Notes under the pieces: generated by a model
Seen by the model: only the letters and a program-made list of their open reading frames with translations
What the model was told of the DNA's origin: nothing
Database searches by the model: none
Assembly (NCBI GenBank): GCA_964508055.1
Contig: CAZDRI010000007.1
Span: 20,510-44,509 of the forward strand
Source of the DNA: an uncultured Thiotrichales bacterium
Lineage (GTDB): Bacteria > Pseudomonadota > Gammaproteobacteria > PS1 > Pseudothioglobaceae
Direction of reading: 5' to 3'
Length of the DNA stretch: 24,000 bases
Made by a program: the position numbers and the translations under genes
Shown here: positions 18,210 through 24,000 of the stretch, in pieces
How positions within the stretch are numbered: the first letter of the stretch is position 1
Layout of the letters: each line of letters opens with the position of its first letter

Positions 18210-18871
18210 ATATTGCTTTGGCTACTTTTGTAAAAACTCCTAATCTAAGTCCTATTAAGACAAGATTAGCAAAAGATATAAGTCATAAAAAGGCTATTAA
18301 ATTTTATGAACTAAGCTTAAATGCAATAAAAGAATTAATAAAAGAAATAATAGACTTAAAGATAGATTCTTACTGGGCTATTGCTGAAAAAAACGCCCTA
18401 CAATTAGCTATATGGTCTGATAATAAAACTATATGGACTGGTGAAGGGAACTTAGGAGAAAGATTAAATAATGTATATTGTTATCTGAAGAAAAAATATA
18501 AATTTGTGATTTTAATTGGTTCTGATAGCCCTCAATTAGACAAAGCAACTATTAAAAAAACAATATTAAAATTAAATGAAAATAATTGTATTATTGGCAA
18601 AAGTAAAGATGGCGGATTTTATCTTTTTGCATCTGGAGTAGATATTAAAAAAAGAGTTTTTACTAATGTAACTTATAGTGAAAATACAACTTTGCTTCAA
18701 TTAACAAGAAATCTAAAACAGCATAATATTAATATTAAATTTTTAAGCGAAAAAGTTGATGTGGATACCGCTTCTGATATAGGTTATTTATTAAGCGAAT
18801 TAAAAAACTTAACTCATATTAGCAACAAACAAAAAATATTATCCAAATGGCTGAAAAACTTAGACCTTTGA
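18182..18871 (+). CDS. DUF2064 transferase-like protein (CofC/MobA-like nucleotide-diphospho-sugar-transferase fold), radical-SAM/selenodomain-associated type
   Basis: 'IALATFVKTPNLSPIKTRLA' matches the family N-terminus (FAK.P..G.VKTRL). Also 'IGSDSPQL' and 'DGGFYLF'. The start is set at ATG 18182 (MEKTTKNKINIAL...). The ORF track's longest ORF begins at 18125, which would overlap the upstream gene by 85 nt. Confidence 0.75.
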   Translation: MEKTTKNKINIALATFVKTPNLSPIKTRLAKDISHKKAIKFYELSLNAIKELIKEIIDLKIDSYWAIAEKNALQLAIWSDNKTIWTGEGNLGERLNNVYCYLKKKYKFVILIGSDSPQLDKATIKKTILKLNENNCIIGKSKDGGFYLFASGVDIKKRVFTNVTYSENTTLLQLTRNLKQHNINIKFLSEKVDVDTASDIGYLLSELKNLTHISNKQKILSKWLKNLDL

Positions 18872-18903
18872 ATATCTCTACATAAGAATATGGATTTAGA
18901 CTA

Positions 18904-19860
18904 TTAATTAAATAAAGAGCTTACAGATTCCTCTAAACCGATGCGTTTTATTATTTCTGCTAAAGTATTAGCAATTGAAAGCTGTCTTATTTTATTTGAT
19001 TTTTTTGCATTTTCACTTAAGGGTATAGAATTAGTTACAACTAATTCATCTAATTGAGAATTATTAATATTATCTATTGCCGCCCCTGATAACACAGGAT
19101 GAGTAGCGTATGCTACAACTTTTTTGGCATTTTTACCTTTTAATACATTAGCAGCATGACACAGTGTACCTGCAGTATCTACCATGTCGTCTACTAAAAT
19201 ACAAGTTCTGTCTTCAACCTCACCAATAACATTCATTACTGTAATTCTATTTGGTTCTGGTCTTCTTTTATCAATGATAACAAGTTCTGCATCGTTTAGT
19301 TTTTTAGCCATAGCCCTTGCTCTTACTACCCCCCCTACATCAGGAGATACAACAACAACATTAGCATAATTTTTTTCTAAAATATCTTTGCTTAACATTG
19401 GAAATGCATAAATATTATCAACTGGAATATCAAAAAAACCTTGAATTTGATCAGCATGTAAATCTACAGTTAAAACTCTATCAATTCCTGCTGAACCAAT
19501 CATTTGTGCTGCTAATTTTGCAGTTATAGGAACTCTTGACAAATATGAGCGCCTATCTTGCCTTGAATAACCAAAGTATGGGATAACAGCAGTAATTCTC
19601 TTAGCGGATGCTCTTTTTAATGCATCAACTATTATTAATAACTCCATTAGATTTTTAGCTGGTTTTGGCGGGCATGTAGGTTGAACAACAAAAACATCAA
19701 AGCCCCTCACATTTTCTAAGATTTCTACTCTTGATTCACCATCACTAAAGTAAGAAATATTAGCCCTACCTAAAGGTATGTTTAAGTTTTTAGTAATCTC
19801 ATTAGCAAGCTCTTTATTTGAGTTACCGCTAAATATTTTAATAATTCTAGATAGTGACAT
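18904..19860 (-). CDS. prs: Ribose-phosphate pyrophosphokinase (PRPP synthetase)
   Basis: 318-aa ORF with '[11 protein letters not shown]', '[12 protein letters not shown]' and the PRPP loop '[12 protein letters not shown]'. It occupies the usual ispE-(tRNA-Gln)-prs position. Confidence 0.97.
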   Translation of the reverse strand: MSLSRIIKIFSGNSNKELANEITKNLNIPLGRANISYFSDGESRVEILENVRGFDVFVVQPTCPPKPAKNLMELLIIVDALKRASAKRITAVIPYFGYSRQDRRSYLSRVPITAKLAAQMIGSAGIDRVLTVDLHADQIQGFFDIPVDNIYAFPMLSKDILEKNYANVVVVSPDVGGVVRARAMAKKLNDAELVIIDKRRPEPNRITVMNVIGEVEDRTCILVDDMVDTAGTLCHAANVLKGKNAKKVVAYATHPVLSGAAIDNINNSQLDELVVTNSIPLSENAKKSNKIRQLSIANTLAEIIKRIGLEESVSSLFN

Positions 19861-19889
19861 ATGTTTAATCTTTCATTCAAATAAAAAAA

Positions 19890-19964
19890 TGGCTGGGATG
19901 GCAGGATTCGAACCTGCGTGTGACGGGATCAAAACCCGTTGCCTTACCGCTTGGCGACATCCCA
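19890..19964 (-). tRNA. tRNA-Gln (anticodon UUG), CCA encoded
   Basis: The reverse complement folds by hand as a 75-nt cloverleaf: TGGGATG TC GCC AAGCGGTAA GGC A ACGGG TTTTGAT CCCGT CACAC GCAGG TTCGAAT CCTGC CATCCCA G CCA. The anticodon-loop centre is TTG. It closely resembles my recollection of E. coli tRNA-Gln. Confidence 0.95.
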
Positions 19965-20801
19965 ATAAATTGGTGATTTATCAATAGCTTTTTGAACATA
20001 ACCATTCCATTTGCTTGGTATTTTTTTTAATGATTTCTCCGCTTCAATTCTTTTTTTAAACTCAATAAATACACAAGACCCTGTGCCAGATAATCTTGCT
20101 TCTCCTATATAATTTTCACAGTTATTTAGCCAGTCAAGTGCTTCTTTTATATCACTTTGAATACTAATAGCTGCTGTAAGACAATCGTTATGTAAATCTA
20201 AGTTATTTTGATAAAAGTTTGATATTTTCAACTCTTGAGGTGTCATTGTCAATGCTTGGTGAGAGAAAATTTCTTTAGTTGAAATAGATTTATTGCTAAA
20301 AATTAATAAAAAATAATTACTATTTGTTTTTATTGGCACTAATTTATCACCTATACCTTCTGCCCAAGCTGTTTTGCAATTAATAAAAACAGGAACATCC
20401 GCACCTAAACTCAGCCCAAGTTTCATTAATTCTTTTTTGCTTAAATTTATTTGCCATAATTTATTTAATATAACTAAAGTTGTAGCACAGTTTGAGCTGC
20501 CGCCACCTAAACCTGCACCTATAGGGATTTTTTTATTTATCTTAATATCAGCACCTTTATTAGTATTAGTGTATTTTTGTAGTAGTTTTGCAGCTTTTAT
20601 AATTAAATCATCTTTTTCTTTTATATTTTCATTGCCTGATGTTCTTTTAACTTTGCCATCATCTCTAATATTAAAATAAAGTTCATCATATAAATCTATT
20701 AATTGAAAAACTGTTTGTAAACTATGATAACCATCTTCTCTTTTATTAATAATATGCAAAAATAAATTTATCTTTGCAGGCGATAAATATTTTTTAGACA
20801 T
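19944..20801 (-). CDS. ispE: 4-diphosphocytidyl-2-C-methyl-D-erythritol kinase
   Basis: 285-aa ORF. N-terminus 'SPAKINLFLHI' and GHMP-kinase motif 'PIGAGLGGGSSNCAT'. The last 6 codons plus stop (TGG GAT GTC GCC AAG CGG TAA) are the first 21 nt of tRNA-Gln. Confidence 0.93.
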   Translation of the reverse strand: MSKKYLSPAKINLFLHIINKREDGYHSLQTVFQLIDLYDELYFNIRDDGKVKRTSGNENIKEKDDLIIKAAKLLQKYTNTNKGADIKINKKIPIGAGLGGGSSNCATTLVILNKLWQINLSKKELMKLGLSLGADVPVFINCKTAWAEGIGDKLVPIKTNSNYFLLIFSNKSISTKEIFSHQALTMTPQELKISNFYQNNLDLHNDCLTAAISIQSDIKEALDWLNNCENYIGEARLSGTGSCVFIEFKKRIEAEKSLKKIPSKWNGYVQKAIDKSPIYWDVAKR

Positions 20802-21360
20802 TAATAAAATGTTTACGATAAAATTTTAATTCATTAATTGAATCATAAATATCACTAAGAGCAAGATGAGATGATTCTTTGTTAGAATTTTTAATAATTT
20901 CACTTTTCCAGCGTTTTGCTAGCTCTTTTAAGGTGCTTACATCAATATGACGATAATGAAAATATTTTTCTAATTCTGGCATGTAGTTTGCTAAAAACCT
21001 CCTATCTTGACAAATACTATTGCCACACATAGGTGAGGTTTTTTTAGCGACATGTTTTTTAACAAAATCTAATATAATTTTTTCAGCTTGTTTTTCATTA
21101 ATTTTTGACTCTCTTACTCTAGCAATAAGTCCAGACTTGGCATGCTGATTAGTATTCCATTTGTCCATATTATTTAAAATCTTATCGTCTTGATAAATTG
21201 CTATAGAAGGGCTTTCATCTATCATATTTAAGTCTTTATCAGTAATAACACAAGCAATTTCAATAATTACATCAGTGATAGGATTAAGACCTGACATCTC
21301 TAAGTCAATCCAAATAAGGTTTTTTTTATTTCTTAAACTGCTATTTTTAGCATTATTCAT
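20794..21360 (-). CDS. orn: Oligoribonuclease (DEDDh 3'-5' exonuclease)
   Basis: 188-aa ORF with 'LIWIDLEMSGL', 'IIEIACVITD', 'GNSICQDRRFL' and 'HLALSDI'. 8-nt overlap with ispE and 1-nt overlap with trpD. Confidence 0.93.
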   Translation of the reverse strand: MNNAKNSSLRNKKNLIWIDLEMSGLNPITDVIIEIACVITDKDLNMIDESPSIAIYQDDKILNNMDKWNTNQHAKSGLIARVRESKINEKQAEKIILDFVKKHVAKKTSPMCGNSICQDRRFLANYMPELEKYFHYRHIDVSTLKELAKRWKSEIIKNSNKESSHLALSDIYDSINELKFYRKHFINV

Positions 21361-22376
21361 TATGAATGACTCATTTTTATTAATTCTCTCAATTTAGCTA
21401 AAGCTTTTTTAGAATTTAAAATATCCATAGCTCTTGCAATTCCAGTATTTAAGTTATTTTCAATACCTGATACATAAATAGCAGCACCAGCATTTAATGC
21501 AATAATATCTTTATGAGCTCCATTTTCCCCATTAAATGCCGCTTTTATCATATCAAGGCTTTGGTGAACTGAGGAGCATTTAATTTCACTAATAGCAGAT
21601 TTATTAATGTTAAATTGCTCAGGCTCAATTTGATACTCTGTTATTTTGCTGTTTTTAAGCTCAGCAATATAAGTTTTATCAGCTATGCTTATCTCATCCA
21701 TTTTATCAGCAGAGTGCACTACTAATACATGTTCAGAACCTAATTCATTTAAAACATTTGCAATAGGGTTAATTAAATCTCTATCAAAAACACCTAATAC
21801 TTGTTTTTTAGCTCCAGCAGGGTTAGTAAGAGGACCTAATATATTAAAGATAGTTTTTACCCCCATATCACGCCGAGCAGTAATAGCGTATTTCATAGCT
21901 GAGTGATAAACTGGAGCAAACATAAAACCAATATTAATGTCGTTAATACATTTATTTACAGTATCTAAGGGTGCATCAATTTTTACCCCTGCTAATTCTA
22001 AAATATCAGCACTACCAGACTTGCTAGATACAGACCTATTACCATGTTTTGCTACTTTTGCTCCAGCGGCTGCTGCAACAATAGCACTAGCAGTTGATAT
22101 ATTAAAAGTATTAGTGTTATCGCCACCAGTACCGCAAGTATCAATAAGATTGTTTTTATCAACCACATCTAATTTTGCTGATAGTTTGCGCATAACTTTT
22201 ACAGCAGATACTATTTCATCAATTGTCTCACCTTTCATTGCTAATGCTATTAAAAATCCAGCTATTTGCGCATCAGTTGTTTCTCCAGTCATAATATCAT
22301 TCATAATATTTAACATATCATCAGCGTTTAAGTTTTTATGACTCATAAGAGTTTTTATTGCTTGTTTTATATTCAT
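21360..22376 (-). CDS. trpD: Anthranilate phosphoribosyltransferase
   Basis: 338-aa ORF with 'DTCGTGGDNTNTFNISTA', 'KHGNRSVSSKSGSADILE' and 'IFNILGPLTNPA'. Confidence 0.95.
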   Translation of the reverse strand: MNIKQAIKTLMSHKNLNADDMLNIMNDIMTGETTDAQIAGFLIALAMKGETIDEIVSAVKVMRKLSAKLDVVDKNNLIDTCGTGGDNTNTFNISTASAIVAAAAGAKVAKHGNRSVSSKSGSADILELAGVKIDAPLDTVNKCINDINIGFMFAPVYHSAMKYAITARRDMGVKTIFNILGPLTNPAGAKKQVLGVFDRDLINPIANVLNELGSEHVLVVHSADKMDEISIADKTYIAELKNSKITEYQIEPEQFNINKSAISEIKCSSVHQSLDMIKAAFNGENGAHKDIIALNAGAAIYVSGIENNLNTGIARAMDILNSKKALAKLRELIKMSHS

Positions 22377-22617
22377 TAATTATTTATAAAAAGTAACTTG
22401 AAGGACATTATATAATATTACACATATAGCTATTCAGTATTGTAGAAAACATATATAACCATATAAAAAACTATTGGAATTACATTTTTTGCACTTATGC
22501 AGTAGTTTTATATTAATTTGATTAACTATATAAAAAGTTTTCTATATTAGATACATACAAAAAGGATAAACATCAACTCTAACAAGGTAAAATACACTTT
22601 ATTTTTTACTCAAGAAA

Positions 22618-23583
22618 ATGGATTATCAAAATACATTTGCAGAATTAGGTAAGCACATAAATAGGAGGATTGTTGGTCAAGAACATTTAATTAAGCAAAT
22701 GTTAATTGCTATTTTATCTGACGGTCATCTATTAGTTGAAGGACCTCCAGGTCTTGCAAAAACAACTGCAATTAAAACCCTAGCTCAAGCTATTGATGCA
22801 AATTTTCATAGAATACAATTTACTCCTGATTTATTACCAGCAGATTTAACTGGCACAGATATTTATAAAATAGAAGAATCTCGCTTTGAATTTCAAAAAG
22901 GTCCCATTTTTCATAATCTTATATTAGCAGACGAAATTAACCGTTCTCCTGCTAAAGTTCAATCAGCTCTTTTAGAAGCTATGGAAGAAAAACAAATCAC
23001 TGTTGGACATTCATCATATGAACTTCCAAAGTTATTTTTAGTAATGGCTACTCAAAACCCTATTGAACAAGAGGGAACGTATCCACTGCCAGAAGCTCAA
23101 TTAGATAGATTTTTATTTCATGTAGAAATTGATTATCCTAATATCAAACATGAAAGAGAGATTTTAAATATTGCAAGAAATGAAACTTGGGGTGATAGTA
23201 AAAAATATCTAACAGATAATCTTTTATCACAAGAGAATTTATTTAATACAAGAGCTGAGATTGGCAAAATTTTTATGAATGAAGATGTTGAAGAATATTT
23301 GTTACAGTTAATTAACGCAACAAGAAACCCTAAGCTTTATAGTGAGAATTTAGCAGAATATATTGAATATGCAGTAAGTCCAAGAGCTACAATAGCATTG
23401 GAAAAGACATCTAAAGCTCATGCTTTTTTAAGTAATCGTGATTATGTAACTCCAGAAGATTTAAGGTCTGTTATTTTTGATGTGTTTAGACATCGTTTGA
23501 TTTTAAGTTTTAAAGCAGAAACTAAAGGAATTACTAAAAATCAGGCAATTGAAGAATTACTAAACTCTGTACCTAGCCCCTAA
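22618..23583 (+). CDS. moxR: MoxR-family AAA+ ATPase
   Basis: 321-aa ORF with 'IVGQEHLIKQMLIAILSDGHLLVEGPPGLAKT' (Walker A), 'ILADEINRSPAKVQSALLEAMEE' (Walker B region) and 'ATQNPIEQEGTYPLPEAQLDRF'. Confidence 0.92.
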   Translation: MDYQNTFAELGKHINRRIVGQEHLIKQMLIAILSDGHLLVEGPPGLAKTTAIKTLAQAIDANFHRIQFTPDLLPADLTGTDIYKIEESRFEFQKGPIFHNLILADEINRSPAKVQSALLEAMEEKQITVGHSSYELPKLFLVMATQNPIEQEGTYPLPEAQLDRFLFHVEIDYPNIKHEREILNIARNETWGDSKKYLTDNLLSQENLFNTRAEIGKIFMNEDVEEYLLQLINATRNPKLYSENLAEYIEYAVSPRATIALEKTSKAHAFLSNRDYVTPEDLRSVIFDVFRHRLILSFKAETKGITKNQAIEELLNSVPSP

Positions 23584-23648
23584 AACACCAAGCATTGGAT
23601 ATTGTTTTAAAAATCAATAATTTATAAAACTCTCTTCCTAAATTTTAT

Positions 23649-24000
23649 TTACCTAACATTTATATTATCAGTAATTAAGTTTTTAATAATAATATTAGCC
23701 ATACTTTCAGCTGTTAAAGTAGTTAATTCTTCTAATAGTGTTTTTTCTTTTTTATATTCAATTCTAGTTTTAACTCCTATTTTTTGAATAGCAACAAAAT
23801 TAGCATCGCCAATACCATCAATTAACCCTAATTTAACACCTTTATCGCCCAACCATACTAAGCCTGAGAATAAATCTTTATTATTAACTAATTTATTTTT
23901 TCTGCCATTTTTTACAGCTGTAATAAAGTTTGTATGGGTTTTATCTAAAATTTCTTTTTTAATATGTTTAACAATTTTTTCATCTTCTTTACTAAAAGGG
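23649..24000 (-). CDS. S49-family serine peptidase (SppA/SohB type), C-terminal part; N-terminus lies beyond the window
   Basis: The ORF track shows only 23649-23852. My translation shows the frame stays open to position 24000 (...PFSKEDEKIVKHIKKEILDKTHTNFITAVKNGRKNKLVNNKDLFSGLVWLGDKGVKLGLIDGIGD...). 'G.VW.G..A..LGL(I/V)D.IG' is typical of the S49 C-terminal region. Confidence 0.65.
   Translation of the reverse strand, partial: PFSKEDEKIVKHIKKEILDKTHTNFITAVKNGRKNKLVNNKDLFSGLVWLGDKGVKLGLIDGIGDANFVAIQKIGVKTRIEYKKEKTLLEELTTLTAESMANIIIKNLITDNINVR

Noticed and set aside
18904-19860. Considered whether prs (PRPP synthetase) is functionally part of the ribose-based arsenical operon it abuts.
   Set aside because: It is on the opposite strand and convergent. 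It sits in the widely conserved ispE-tRNA-Gln-prs housekeeping arrangement, so the adjacency is most simply coincidental.
19778-19987. 69-aa plus-strand ORF (…MAGMAGFEPACDGIKTRCLTAWRHPNK…).
   Set aside because: It is the antisense translation of tRNA-Gln (the 'GFEPA' peptide comes from the T-arm) plus the prs start and ispE end. This is a classic spurious ORF.
22377-22617. Looked for a trp leader peptide or attenuator upstream of trpD, and for a riboswitch ahead of moxR.
   Set aside because: There is no small ORF with tandem Trp codons (no CCACCA on the plus strand). I saw no alternative GC-containing hairpins and no recognisable riboswitch core.
23584-23648. CCAAgcaTTGG mini-palindrome followed by T-rich sequence between convergent moxR and the S49 peptidase gene, considered as a bidirectional terminator.
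   Set aside because: The stem is only 4 bp, which is not credible as an intrinsic terminator.

Overview
AT-rich (about 30% GC by eye), very gene-dense chromosomal window. It holds 24 protein-coding genes (two cut by the window edges), one collapsed gene remnant and one tRNA-Gln. I saw no rRNA, CRISPR array, transposase, integrase or phage genes. Positions 1-7048 (minus strand) carry the conserved proteobacterial block hflK-hflC-hisZ-purA-rnr, followed by a PhzF-family gene. Next come a three-gene ABC importer of unknown substrate (7231-9886, minus), an ALG5-like GT2 glycosyltransferase (plus) and nnr/yjeF (minus). The stand-out is an eight-gene, overlap-coupled plus-strand operon at 12939-18871. 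In order it encodes a DedA/TVP38 membrane protein, an 89-codon remnant of an FAD disulfide oxidoreductase, an ArsS-type radical-SAM/Cys-rich enzyme, a membrane di-iron fatty-acid-hydroxylase/sterol-desaturase-family protein, an ArsM-type arsenite methyltransferase, an MTAP-family nucleoside phosphorylase, a small GT2 transferase and a DUF2064 transferase-like protein. This looks like an arsenosugar/arsenolipid-type organoarsenical pathway. To my knowledge only the ArsM and ArsS steps have experimental support, so the other genes form an essentially uncharacterised system. The right part (minus strand, overlapping genes) is trpD-orn-ispE-tRNA-Gln(UUG)-prs. The first 21 nt of the tRNA are also the last 6 codons plus the stop codon of ispE. 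The window ends with an orphan moxR (plus) and a truncated S49 peptidase (minus). Synteny points to a streamlined gamma- or betaproteobacterium; I cannot name the organism from sequence alone.
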